Below, one piece after another: positions 55,268 to 64,000 of a DNA stretch of 64,000 bases; position 1 is the stretch's first letter, and the number at the start of each line of letters is the position of its first letter. The notes beneath the pieces were generated by a model that worked only from the letters and a program-made list of their open reading frames with translations, was not told where the DNA came from and made no database searches. The position numbers and the translations under genes were made by a program. The DNA comes from Myxococcota bacterium (GTDB lineage Bacteria > Myxococcota_A > Polyangia > Polyangiales > Houyiibacteriaceae). The DNA lies in NCBI GenBank assembly GCA_039030515.1, contig JBCCEA010000018.1, positions 1,684 to 65,683 of the forward strand. The letters run 5' to 3'.

Positions 55268-55689
55268 ATCCCAAACATGCCAAGCCCGATCGAGCTGAAT
55301 CGCCTTCGCTTCTGGATCACTCCACCAAGTCGGTTCCTCTTTCTGAGGTCGATAGGCTTGGAGTGGCCCCTGTCGAACTCGCCATAGATGCTCAAGGTCA
55401 TCGCCGACAGGCGCTCGTCGTTCGAGACACCCTTGGTGTACCGAGAGCGTACCTAAATCGCTGCAAACACATCCCAGTTCCGCTCGACGGCTTTCAGGGT
55501 GATGCGCTTCACGAAGACAAACGGCATCTGATCTGCTTCACCCACGGGGCACTTTACCGACTCCACGATGGAATGTGCGTTGCCGGACCGTGCGTGGACG
55601 AGGCTCTCGAATCGATCCCCTTCGTGATTCGCGCCGGAGTTGTTCTGATTCAGGATTCAGCCCCTTACCACCGAGACGACGAGCCATAA
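55264..55689 (+). CDS. Small Rieske [2Fe-2S] domain protein
   Basis: I chose the internal ATG at 55264, which forms an ATGA overlap with the upstream stop. The cluster ligands are CKH...CFTH, followed by GMCVAGPC. Confidence 0.7.
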   Translation: MNPKHAKPDRAESPSLLDHSTKSVPLSEVDRLGVAPVELAIDAQGHRRQALVVRDTLGVPRAYLNRCKHIPVPLDGFQGDALHEDKRHLICFTHGALYRLHDGMCVAGPCVDEALESIPFVIRAGVVLIQDSAPYHRDDEP

Positions 55690-55717
55690 AAAGAAAGCGG
55701 TCTCGACGCGATCCCGA

Positions 55718-56599
55718 CTAACCTGAAGAACTCGGCTGCCTTGCAGCAAAGGCGGCGGAGGTGGTCAGTTCACCGAGTTCCGCCCATGGTGCGTCTTCAC
55801 TGTTTTTGAGAGGTCGGCTGCGGCCCGTGAGCACTTCACACCCGGAGCGAGTCACCAAAATCGAGTGCTCGAACTGTGCAGTGAGCGCTCGATCTGCGGT
55901 GAGTACGGTCCATCCATCGGATTGAAGTTCGCACTCGTGGGTTCCGAGATTGATCATCGGCTCGATCGTGAAGACCCATCCCGACTTCATTCGATCACCG
56001 CTGCCCCTTCGTCCGTAGTGAGGTACCTGAGGGGGCATGTGGAATTGACGTCCCACGCCGTGTCCAACGTAGTCTTCGACCACCGAGCAGTTCATCGCAT
56101 GGGCGTATTCCTGAATGGCCGCGCCGATATCCCCGATGCGAGCTCCGTGTTTTACCTGAGCTGTTCCAAGCTCGAGGCATCGGCGAGACACTTCTGTCAC
56201 TCGCTTGGCGTCCTCAGAGGGTTCGCCTACGTAAAATGTGGCGCTGGTGTCTCCGTGAAATCCGTGTTTTTCAGGAAAAAATGTCGTCACGTCTACGTTG
56301 ATGATGTCGCCGTCTTTCAAAGCGTAGTCGCTCGGTATGCCGTGACACACGCAATCGTTGACTGAGGTGCACACACTTTTTGGAAACCCACGGTAGTTTA
56401 GTGGAGACGGGTAAGCGCCATGCTCCTCGATCCACCGATGCACCGACTCGTTGATTTCCAAGGTAGTGAGACCCGGACGGATTTGGTCTCCCACCATGAG
56501 CAAGCACTCTGAAGCCAGACGACACGACTCGCGCATCTTATCGAGCATTCGAGGCGTCATCACTTCAACAGCCACGACTCTTCGTACCTTTCCTGTCAT
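55718..56599 (-). CDS. map: Type I methionine aminopeptidase
   Basis: TPRMLDKMRESCRLASE, FPKSVCTSVNDCVCHGIP, the metal ligands in DIINVDVT, and EHSILVT are present. The start is ambiguous (56599 or 56560; the track gives 56632). Confidence 0.9.
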   Translation of the reverse strand: MTGKVRRVVAVEVMTPRMLDKMRESCRLASECLLMVGDQIRPGLTTLEINESVHRWIEEHGAYPSPLNYRGFPKSVCTSVNDCVCHGIPSDYALKDGDIINVDVTTFFPEKHGFHGDTSATFYVGEPSEDAKRVTEVSRRCLELGTAQVKHGARIGDIGAAIQEYAHAMNCSVVEDYVGHGVGRQFHMPPQVPHYGRRGSGDRMKSGWVFTIEPMINLGTHECELQSDGWTVLTADRALTAQFEHSILVTRSGCEVLTGRSRPLKNSEDAPWAELGELTTSAAFAARQPSSSG

Positions 56600-58034
56600 G
56601 AGGTTGCAAGTTGCGACGTAGAAAGCCGCCATGACCGAAATAGCTCATGTACGCCAAGGCCCCAACGACGTTGCCGCCCGCGAGTACCCACCAAAGTCCC
56701 TCGCAGGGTAAGGAGAATACTTCAGCGACCAGGTACGCTGCTGGAACCACCAAGATCACGACCACCACGCCATCGAGGATCATCGAGGCCAAGGTGGCAC
56801 CCGCGCCGGTCATCGCCTGAGAAAGCACGAGACCTGTGCCCATAAACGCGTAGGTCGTGGCCGTGCGACGAAGGTAGCCGGTTCCGGTCTGGATGACGGC
56901 AGGGGTGTCGTCGAAGAAACCGAGGATCGGCTCGGCGTAGTACCAGAATATCCACGTGAACAAGAGCATGCACACGGCGTTGTATGCGACGGAGAGCCAC
57001 CCGGCTTTTTGGGCGCGCTCTGGTTTTCCCGCTCCCAAGTTCGTGCCGACGAGCGTCGATGCGGCCGCCCCCCAGCCCATGCCCACAAAAAGTGCCATGG
57101 TTTCAAGTCTCAAACACACGCTAAACGCGGTCAGCACGCTGGGATCTGTTGCTGTCGTGTAGTTGTTGTTGATGAGGGCGATCACGAGGAGCACGGCCAA
57201 GATACGCAGCACCATTTGCCCCGATGCAGGCCAAGCGATGCGAAAAAGCGCCCTTAATTCTTCAGCGATAGGCCGCAGGTAGACACGATGAAAGCGCGGT
57301 CCATCCCGAAGCTGAAGTAGCCAGATACTGCCGAAGATCAGCGGAATCGTACGAGCGATCAAGGTAGCCCAAGCCGCGCCGTGTACCCCAAGTCGGGGGA
57401 TGCCAAAAAAAGATGCGATCTCGGTGCCCCAGACCAGTCCGGCTGGAGCGGGTCCCGGGCCGTATATCAAAACTACATTGAGAAATATATTGAGCACGTT
57501 GCCGCTAATAAGGAGTGCTGCTGCCGCTTTGGCATGCCCCATCGCCCTCAGGATCGCCGTCAGTTGGAGCATCATGAACACCGCATAACACCCTCCCAAA
57601 CTGATGCGGAGGTACGACGCTGCTACGGCGGCAGTGTCTCCTTTGGTCTGCATGATCGACTCGATCAGAAACGGACTGCCGAGCAGTCCAATGCTTCCAA
57701 ACGCCAAGGAGAGACAAAGAACCACGAGGAGAGACTGCCAGGTGGCTCGGCGCACGCCGCGCCGGTCTCCGCCGCCTTGAGCCTGAGAAATCCGCGCTAC
57801 GGTGGCGCCTGCAACGCCGTTGGACAGCACTGTCGGCAGGGCGGCGATCATGTCGCAGGTGCCTACGGCGGCGAGCGCAGTCGTCGCCCCGTCAAGCCGA
57901 CTGATCATGAACATGTCGACGAGATTGAACGCCGTGTGGAATAGCATCCCTACGACCAGCGGCGCTCCAAACTTCAGGGTGACCGACCACGACGGCCCTT
58001 CTGTCATTCGGACAACATCCATAGAGCCGGCCAC
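56565..58034 (-). CDS. MATE family efflux transporter
   Basis: 489 aa with 12 predicted TM spans in two homologous halves, a typical MATE layout. The start is a GTG, with an alternative ATG at 58022. Confidence 0.8.
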   Translation of the reverse strand: MAGSMDVVRMTEGPSWSVTLKFGAPLVVGMLFHTAFNLVDMFMISRLDGATTALAAVGTCDMIAALPTVLSNGVAGATVARISQAQGGGDRRGVRRATWQSLLVVLCLSLAFGSIGLLGSPFLIESIMQTKGDTAAVAASYLRISLGGCYAVFMMLQLTAILRAMGHAKAAAALLISGNVLNIFLNVVLIYGPGPAPAGLVWGTEIASFFGIPRLGVHGAAWATLIARTIPLIFGSIWLLQLRDGPRFHRVYLRPIAEELRALFRIAWPASGQMVLRILAVLLVIALINNNYTTATDPSVLTAFSVCLRLETMALFVGMGWGAAASTLVGTNLGAGKPERAQKAGWLSVAYNAVCMLLFTWIFWYYAEPILGFFDDTPAVIQTGTGYLRRTATTYAFMGTGLVLSQAMTGAGATLASMILDGVVVVILVVPAAYLVAEVFSLPCEGLWWVLAGGNVVGALAYMSYFGHGGFLRRNLQPHDRKGTKSRGC

Positions 58035-58125
58035 CCTAGCAGGTCCCGCATGGTCGGCAGGTGTTCTGCAGGACGGTGCGGCCCCGAACGTTGACCTCGA
58101 GCTCGTCTAGAACTAAAAAAACTGT

Positions 58126-58311
58126 ATGGCCTCAGATCAACCCGTCAACGTGCCACTTTCGGAAGACGAAGAGCGATCCGCAAAGGAAATCGATGCCTCC
58201 TGGACCGGCCCCAAGCTGATAGTGCTTTGCGCGGTGACGCTCGCGATCGCTCTCTCGGCGCTTTACATCATGTCGAGCATTCCGGTCACCCATATTCCCC
58301 AGATCAGGTAG
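58126..58311 (+). CDS. Small single-pass membrane protein (61 aa), hypothetical
   Basis: An acidic N-terminus is followed by the TM helix LIVLCAVTLAIALSALYIM. There is no clear Shine-Dalgarno sequence. Confidence 0.35.
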   Translation: MASDQPVNVPLSEDEERSAKEIDASWTGPKLIVLCAVTLAIALSALYIMSSIPVTHIPQIR

Positions 58312-58312
58312 G

Positions 58313-58376
58313 CGCTCTCGTTTGAGCACGCTCTCGTTTGAGCACGCTCTCGTTCGAGCACGCTCTCGTTCGAGCA
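58313..58376. repeat. 4 x 16 bp head-to-tail tandem array GCTCTCGTT(T/C)GAGCAC
   Basis: The units lie at 58313, 58329, 58345 and 58361. The first two carry T and the last two carry C. Each unit contains GCTC...GAGC inverted arms. Confidence 0.9.
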
Positions 58377-58531
58377 CATTGGCGCGCCGGCTACGTAGAG
58401 CTCTCCATCGGAACGCGTCGATAGAACCGTAGAAGATCTGAAATCATTGACGTCTTCGAACCATCCGCGGTACGGCTCTGAATCCCACGACCCGCTCTGG
58501 AATCGAAAACGCCAACGACTCCGGCTTCAGT

Positions 58532-58705
58532 CTAGTAACTGAAGTCCAGTTCCCGAACCTGTTCGCTCTCGTTCACATCTTCCTTTGCCGGATTGAAACT
58601 GGCTTCATCGTAAAGATCGTCGAGCGACCACCCGCAACGCTTGCTGGGAGCGATCTCTTCCCTTTGGAAGTCCTCGATCGAACGATACTGTTTGGGTCCT
58701 CGCAT
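58532..58705 (-). CDS. Small acidic hypothetical protein (57 aa)
   Basis: The internal ATG at 58705 is preceded by AAAAAGGAGtcagg, a strong AGGAG Shine-Dalgarno sequence with a 5 nt spacer. A hairpin (GGACTTCAGT...ACTGAAGCC) overlaps the stop codon. Confidence 0.45.
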   Translation of the reverse strand: MRGPKQYRSIEDFQREEIAPSKRCGWSLDDLYDEASFNPAKEDVNESEQVRELDFSY

Positions 58706-58970
58706 CCTGACTCCTTTTTCATGCGAGAGAACGTGGCTCCGCGGTCTCACTACGATCTCATGGAGCACGTTGTCTTACATTTGGCGACACGCTACCATCG
58801 CCCACTGGAGCTGCAAGAAATCGGGGACGCCGCTCGAATTCGCCTCTGCGCCTCAGCCGCTTTTAGGTTCTCCTGAACGGTTTCGCTCTTCCGAACGTTT
58901 GCGCTTCCTGTGCGGAAGCCGATTGAACGCGTGCAGCATCGCTGGTACTACACGACTCCTCGGAGGGCCT

Positions 58971-59741
58971 GTGGGACGTGTTATTGCGGTCGCAAATCAA
59001 AAGGGCGGTGTCGGAAAAACCACCACCGCAGTCAATTTAGCCGCCTCGCTCGCGGTGGCCGAACAGCGAGTGCTCCTGATCGACATGGATCCTCAGGCCA
59101 ACGCTTCTACCGGAGTAGGATTGCCGCCAGAGTCTGCACAAGCCGGCATTTATAAAGCTTTGCTTCGCGAGCATCCCCTTTTGTATTCGGTTCGCTCTAC
59201 AGAACTACCCTACCTTTCCGCAATACCTTCGAGTCCTGATCTTGCCGCGATCGAGATCGAGCTCGTGGACGCCGCGGATCGCGCCACCCGGCTGCGGGAT
59301 ATTATGGTGGGCGCCCTCGGCAATTTTGATTTCATCATCCTAGACTGCCCTCCTTCCCTCGGGCTGCTGACGATCAATGCGCTGGTGGCAGCCGACTTGG
59401 TGGTCGTTCCGCTTCAGTGCGAATACTATGCTCTTGAAGGATTGACTCAATTGGTCACGACGATCGAGCGCGTTCGTCATGGACTGAATCCAGATATCGA
59501 GCTTCATGGCGTCGTGCTCACGATGTTTGATGGAAGAAATCGCTTGGCGAAGGAAGTTGCAGCTGAGGTCCGAAGTCACTTCCACGTGTACGAGACCGTC
59601 ATTCCACGCAACATCCGTTTGGCAGAAGCCCCTTCCCATGGTCAGCCAGTCGTTTTGTACGATGCCGCTTCGCTTGGATCTCTCGGCTACATCAACCTCG
59701 CGCGTGAGTTGCTCGATGCGCTTCCAGAGGCTGCGGCGTGA
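58971..59741 (+). CDS. parA: Chromosome partitioning ATPase ParA/Soj
   Basis: A GTG at 58971 is preceded by GGAGGG. VIAVANQKGGVGKTTTAVNLAASLA is the deviant Walker A. The 110 aa upstream extension in the track is W/C-rich and rejected. Confidence 0.9.
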   Translation: MGRVIAVANQKGGVGKTTTAVNLAASLAVAEQRVLLIDMDPQANASTGVGLPPESAQAGIYKALLREHPLLYSVRSTELPYLSAIPSSPDLAAIEIELVDAADRATRLRDIMVGALGNFDFIILDCPPSLGLLTINALVAADLVVVPLQCEYYALEGLTQLVTTIERVRHGLNPDIELHGVVLTMFDGRNRLAKEVAAEVRSHFHVYETVIPRNIRLAEAPSHGQPVVLYDAASLGSLGYINLARELLDALPEAAA

Positions 59742-60637
59742 CAAAGAGACGCCTTGGTAAGGGTCTCGATGCGCTTCTTCCGAGCCCCCTAGGCCTGTCC
59801 TCGACTTCAGCCACATCACGAGCTTCTAGCCTGTCGCCGCAGAGCTCTACCGCGGGAACTTCCGAGGCCGCGATCGAGACCCTACACCCCAATCGCAGTC
59901 AGCCTCGTCGTCGGTTTGAGGATGAGGCGCTGCAGGAGCTGGTTCGATCGATCGCCGAACATGGGGTGCTCGAGCCGATTCTGGTGCGGGAGCGAATCGG
60001 TGGTGGATTCGAGATCGTTGCGGGTGAGCGCAGGTGGAGGGCTGCACAAAGGGCGGGTCTCAAGGAAGTGCCCATCCACGTTCGAGAGTTGTCCGATCAG
60101 GGAGCGTTTGAAGCAGCTCTGGTGGAAAACCTGCAGCGTGAGGACTTGAATCCCATCGAAACTGCCCGTGCATTTGCCCGACTGGCCGAAGAGTTTGGAC
60201 TGACTCAGGAGCAGATTTCGGATCGGGTTGGAAAGGATCGCTCGACAGTAGCCAACGCGATTCGGCTGCTTCGTCTACCTGAACCGATTCTCGACATGCT
60301 CGAAGACGGCGTACTCTCAGAAGGACACGGACGAGCGCTACTCTCGGCACCGGAAGATGCGATGATGGTGCTTGCACGCACTGCTCGTGAAAAAAACTGG
60401 TCTGTCCGAGAAACCGAGTCCCGCTCCAAAGCGGCCAAAAAAGCGAGCTCTGCTCACTCGACAGCGCCTAAAGAAAAAAACGTCAACATGCTCGACCTGG
60501 AACGCCGCTTGTCGCACGCACTTGGGAGTACAGTATCGCTCAGTGATCGAGGCGGCAGCGGAGAAATACGCATCAACTATGCAAGTTGGGACGAACTCGA
60601 TCGCCTTATCGTTCATCTCACCGGAACCAAATCTTAG
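59738..60637 (+). CDS. parB: Chromosome partitioning protein ParB/Spo0J
   Basis: LQELVRSIAEHGVLEPILV, the GERRWRAAQ box and the HTH QEQISDRVGKDRSTVANAIRLL are present. It shares a GTGA overlap with parA. Confidence 0.92.
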   Translation: MTKRRLGKGLDALLPSPLGLSSTSATSRASSLSPQSSTAGTSEAAIETLHPNRSQPRRRFEDEALQELVRSIAEHGVLEPILVRERIGGGFEIVAGERRWRAAQRAGLKEVPIHVRELSDQGAFEAALVENLQREDLNPIETARAFARLAEEFGLTQEQISDRVGKDRSTVANAIRLLRLPEPILDMLEDGVLSEGHGRALLSAPEDAMMVLARTAREKNWSVRETESRSKAAKKASSAHSTAPKEKNVNMLDLERRLSHALGSTVSLSDRGGSGEIRINYASWDELDRLIVHLTGTKS

Positions 60638-60678
60638 ACTTCGCGTCTCCGCAGCCCTTTCTCACGGGATACGACAGC

Positions 60679-60705
60679 AAAGAACCTATTGTTCTTTAGG
60701 TTTTT
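60679..60705 (+). terminator. Weak AT-rich hairpin plus T-run after parB, overlapping the folD stop
   Basis: AAAGAAC-CTATT-GTTCTTT is followed by aggTTTTT. Confidence 0.3.
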
Positions 60706-61559
60706 CTCGCGAACGCTGCCCGAACGACGTTGTCGAGTAACATGGCGATCGTCATCGGCCCAACGCCTCCAGGCACAGGGGTGATGGCGGATGCCCTTTC
60801 GAGCGCTGACGTATAGTCGACGTCGCCGACGAGCGACCCGTCCCCCAAACGGTTGATGCCCACGTCGATCACCACCGCACCTGGCTTGATCCAGCTTCCG
60901 TGGACCAAGCCAGGCTTGCCAACCGCAGCGACGACCACGTCGGATTCTAAGACTCGGTCTTGCAGATGTTCGGTTCTCGAGTGCGCTACGGTGACCGTTG
61001 CATGTTGCTGCACGAGCATGGCTGCGAGCGGCTTGCCGACCAAGGCACTGCGTCCGACGACGATGGCTCGCGCTCCAACGAGCGCTGTCCGTCGCTCTTG
61101 AAGTAGCCGCATGCAGCCCCGAGGCGTGCAGGGCTGCAACCCCTCGCGACCCGCTACCAGTAGACCCAGGTTTTGCGGATGAAGGCCATCCACGTCTTTG
61201 CGAGGATCGATGAGATCGACGATCGAAGTCTCGTCAAGACCATCGGGCAGAGGCAGCTGAACTAGAATTCCATCCACCTCTTCCTTGGCGCTCAGCTTCC
61301 GAACCCTATCCTCCACGTCATCTTGGGTGGTGGAGGCCGGCAACCGATGGACGCAGCCTTGAATTCCCGCTTTCGTAGCCGCCCGCTCCTTATTGCGAAC
61401 GTATACCTGAGACGCGGGATCGCTACCCACCAGCACCACGTCGAGACCTATCGGACGTCCAAAGCGACAGCGGAACTCTTCTGCGCGTACACGCACTTCG
61501 GACCGAACGGATTTTGCGAGCGCCTTACCGTCGATCTTCTTTTCGATCCAATCCGTCAT
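60696..61559 (-). CDS. folD: Bifunctional methylenetetrahydrofolate dehydrogenase/cyclohydrolase
   Basis: I chose the internal ATG at 61559 (MTDWIEKKIDGKALAK), which removes the overlap with ileS. VGSDPASQVYVRNK, GRSALVGKP and PVPGGVGPMT are present. Confidence 0.93.
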   Translation of the reverse strand: MTDWIEKKIDGKALAKSVRSEVRVRAEEFRCRFGRPIGLDVVLVGSDPASQVYVRNKERAATKAGIQGCVHRLPASTTQDDVEDRVRKLSAKEEVDGILVQLPLPDGLDETSIVDLIDPRKDVDGLHPQNLGLLVAGREGLQPCTPRGCMRLLQERRTALVGARAIVVGRSALVGKPLAAMLVQQHATVTVAHSRTEHLQDRVLESDVVVAAVGKPGLVHGSWIKPGAVVIDVGINRLGDGSLVGDVDYTSALERASAITPVPGGVGPMTIAMLLDNVVRAAFARKT

Positions 61560-61590
61560 AGATGCACACCCTGCCACAGGTTCGTGGTTC

Positions 61591-64000
61591 TTAGGATCGC
61601 TCCACCTTGAGCCACATAGATTCTCCCGCGATGCGAACTTGGTGTGCATCTTTTAGATCTTCCACGTAGGTCAGCTCATCTGCGAGCAACTCAGACCTTA
61701 AAAACGAAGCGTTCGCTTTGAGCGCAGCCTGCACCCGCTCCGAGCTGGAGTAGTACACACGGATTCTATCGCTGACCTCTAATTCGAGCGCCTTGCGCTG
61801 GTCTTGGGCTTGGCGGTTAAAGTCGCGCGCGGTGCCCTCCTGCTCCAAAGCCTCTGTAAGCTGCGTATCGAGTGCAGCGAACGCCCCGAACTCATAGGTG
61901 GCACATAGATGCTCGGGTGCATCGAGAACTACATTCACATCGCCTCGGTTTAGCTCGACCTCAGCCTGCTCGACCTCAGCCTGCTCGGCATCGCCCGTAT
62001 TCAGGCTGAACTTGAAGCTTCCTTCTTGGAGTGAGTCGAGCAACTCCTTGGGAGGCATGGATTCGATGGCTTTTGCGATGGCCTTCATCTTTGTTCCGTA
62101 GCGTGGCCCGAGACTCTTGAAGTTGGGCTTGAGCTTGAGACCAACTACCTCGCTTTCGTCGGCGATAAGCTCGATCGTCTTCAAGTTGCACTCTTCGAGT
62201 ATCTGCTCGACAAAATGACGATCTTCCATCACCGCCCGGTCTGCCGGGTCGCGCGGCCGCAAAATGAGACGACAAAGAGGTTGTCTTGCGCGAACCTTGG
62301 CTTGATTCCTCAGAGAGAGTGCCAGGTTCTTCGTGCGAATCACCGCGTCGATTTGTTGCTCAAGCTGCTCGTCAATACACGACTCGTTCACCTGTGGATA
62401 GTCACGCAAATGCACCGATTCAGGTGCGTCTGGAGCCACCGAACGAACGAGGTTTTGGTACATCTCCTCGGACAAGAACGGTAGGATTGGAGCCATGAGA
62501 TCGACCAAGGTGGTGAGCACCTCATAGAGTGTTTGATACGCCGACTCTTTGTCGCTGTCGGTTTCGCTCTTCCAGAAACGACGCCGTGAGCGCCTTAGAT
62601 ACCAATTTGAAAATTCGTCTTCAAAATGCTCTAAACGCTCCATGAAGCGATGAAGACTGCAATCTGCAAATGCTTGATGGGCACTTTGAATCAGCCGATT
62701 CATCCGACTTAGTATCCAGCGGTCGAGCTCTGTTCGCTGCGCTAAGGTCATTCCGGGTTCGGGAACTTTTCGATGCTGTGGCGCAATCCAGCGATCCACC
62801 GAAGCATACGTGACGAAGAAGCTGTAGCAGTTCCAGAGCGTGAGCAGTTTGCTGCGAACCTCCCCATCGATCCCGCCTTTGCCGCGATGTGCGCCCTGAG
62901 TCGGAAGGTCGGGAAAGTTCAGATTGACCACCGGATTTTGCGACGCGTAAAGGTAGCGCATCACTTCGGCGCCAAAGGCATCGGCTGCTTCATCGAACGC
63001 AACGGAATTACCGGCGGACTTGTGCATCTCATGTCCCCGCGCATCTCGAACCAGACCGTGACCCAACAGAGTGCGAAAGGGTGCCTGATCTTCCAGCATG
63101 GCCCCCATCGCAAGTAGCGAATAAAACCAGTTGCGAAACTGTCCCGGAAAGCACTCTACAACGAAGTCGGCCGGAAACCATTTAGACCAGTACTCCGGAT
63201 CAGAGCGGTACTGCAGCGTACTGAACGGAACGATGCCGGCATCGAGCCAAGGGTTGCCCACGTCCTTAACCCTGGTTGCGGTCGCGCCGCACCCATCGCA
63301 ACGAATCTCCACTGCATCCACAAAGGGGCGATGTGGCGTGTGTCCCTCAAAGGTGGACCATCCTTGCACGGAGCGTGCTTTTAGTTCCTCTGGTCCTCCG
63401 ATCACATCAAACCAACCGCACGATTCACATCGCCATATCGGTAGGGCAAGTCCCCAAAACCGTTTTTTGGAGATCATCCAATCGCCCATGTTTTTGAGCC
63501 AATCCAGCTCTCGGAGCGCACCATCGGGAGGAATCCACTGCACATCTGGAACCACGCGTGCAATCTGGTCCCGCCAATCCATCCGAATAAACCACTCGTC
63601 CACGAGTCGGAAGACCAGCTCTTCCTTGCATCGCCAACAGTGCGGATAGACGTGCGGGTAGTGCTCTTTCGCGACGAGCAGCCCCCTTGCTTTGAGATCA
63701 GAGAGAACCTGGTCCACGACGTCGTGAACTCTGCGTCCTGAAAGCGAGCCAAAACCGTCCAGATAGTGACCTTCGTCATCAAGAGGAGCGATCGCGACCA
63801 GTCCGTGTTCTGTACCAAGTCGGTGATCTTCGGCGCCGCATCCTGGAGCGATGTGTACGATTCCGGTCCCTTCCGCATCACTGACTTCGCTCCACGGGAT
63901 CACTCGATGACACTCGACCGCCGAAGGAAGCCCCTCTGAGTCCCTGAGAAAGGGATCAAGTCCACCGGACCGATTGGCTGCCTCGAGATGATCGTACGGG
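61591..64000 (-). CDS. ileS: Isoleucine--tRNA ligase (5' end lies beyond the right edge)
   Basis: The reading frame stays open through position 64000; I checked this by translating 63904-64000. The Zn-finger-like CESCGW...CDGCG, the KMSKS-variant HKSAGN, and a long anticodon-binding C-terminus are present. Confidence 0.93.
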   Translation of the reverse strand, partial: PYDHLEAANRSGGLDPFLRDSEGLPSAVECHRVIPWSEVSDAEGTGIVHIAPGCGAEDHRLGTEHGLVAIAPLDDEGHYLDGFGSLSGRRVHDVVDQVLSDLKARGLLVAKEHYPHVYPHCWRCKEELVFRLVDEWFIRMDWRDQIARVVPDVQWIPPDGALRELDWLKNMGDWMISKKRFWGLALPIWRCESCGWFDVIGGPEELKARSVQGWSTFEGHTPHRPFVDAVEIRCDGCGATATRVKDVGNPWLDAGIVPFSTLQYRSDPEYWSKWFPADFVVECFPGQFRNWFYSLLAMGAMLEDQAPFRTLLGHGLVRDARGHEMHKSAGNSVAFDEAADAFGAEVMRYLYASQNPVVNLNFPDLPTQGAHRGKGGIDGEVRSKLLTLWNCYSFFVTYASVDRWIAPQHRKVPEPGMTLAQRTELDRWILSRMNRLIQSAHQAFADCSLHRFMERLEHFEDEFSNWYLRRSRRRFWKSETDSDKESAYQTLYEVLTTLVDLMAPILPFLSEEMYQNLVRSVAPDAPESVHLRDYPQVNESCIDEQLEQQIDAVIRTKNLALSLRNQAKVRARQPLCRLILRPRDPADRAVMEDRHFVEQILEECNLKTIELIADESEVVGLKLKPNFKSLGPRYGTKMKAIAKAIESMPPKELLDSLQEGSFKFSLNTGDAEQAEVEQAEVELNRGDVNVVLDAPEHLCATYEFGAFAALDTQLTEALEQEGTARDFNRQAQDQRKALELEVSDRIRVYYSSSERVQAALKANASFLRSELLADELTYVEDLKDAHQVRIAGESMWLKVERS

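Noticed and set aside
56947-56962. parS-like sequences: ATATCCACGTGAACAA in the MATE gene and the GTTCCACG half-sites at 50558..50583 in glyQ.
   Set aside because: Only one half, or the central CACGTG, matches tGTTtCACGTGaAACa, and the palindrome is not completed. I therefore call no parS in this window.
58313-58376. Whether the tandem arrays (58313-58376, 54522-54576 and 34843-34920) could be CRISPR arrays.
   Set aside because: The repeats are only 16-30 bp long and directly abutting with no unique spacers. No cas genes are present.
58641-58970. Long N-terminal extensions offered by the ORF track. Affected genes are parA (from 58641), the secreted protein (to 2497), pgk (from 17061), aroA (to 33957), folD (to 61649), the Rieske protein (from 54934) and the TPR protein (to 28712).
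   Set aside because: The extensions have non-protein-like composition and overlap neighbouring genes. Conserved N-termini begin at internal ATG or GTG codons, some with Shine-Dalgarno sequences or ATGA coupling.

Overview
This is a core-chromosome window from a moderately GC-rich bacterium. I infer it is Myxococcota-like from four things: a MYXO-CTERM-type sorting tail, a very long deltaproteobacterial-type S41 peptidase, PEGA-tailed Ser/Thr kinases, and many lipoproteins. About 50 protein genes are tightly packed, and several are joined by ATGA stop/start overlaps. Most are housekeeping genes. They include lysC and thrB; cca; the gap-pgk-tpiA-secG operon; hisC, then an unknown lipoprotein, then aroA-cmk-rpsA; mutS; ppdK; glyQS; scpAB; bcp; map; parAB; folD; and a 5'-truncated ileS. 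I found no rRNA, tRNA, CRISPR array, transposase, integrase or phage gene. I also found no recognisable defence system. Three gene arrangements are the least ordinary. (1) An asymmetric heterodimeric ABC exporter is translationally coupled to a stand-alone kinase fold with eroded catalytic motifs, just downstream of a Cys-rich matrixin that carries a MYXO-CTERM tail. (2) An active PEGA-tailed Ser/Thr kinase is followed by two ATGA-coupled beta-propeller-like lipoproteins that run directly into mutS. (3) A metallophosphoesterase is ATGA-coupled to a small Rieske protein and is preceded by a triplicated start region that creates two 5-codon mini-ORFs. Several short tandem or phased direct-repeat arrays sit in intergenic regions. 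The most notable is a 4 x 16 bp array upstream of parAB, where I could not find a canonical parS. All functional calls come from reading motifs in the supplied translations. No database search was run.
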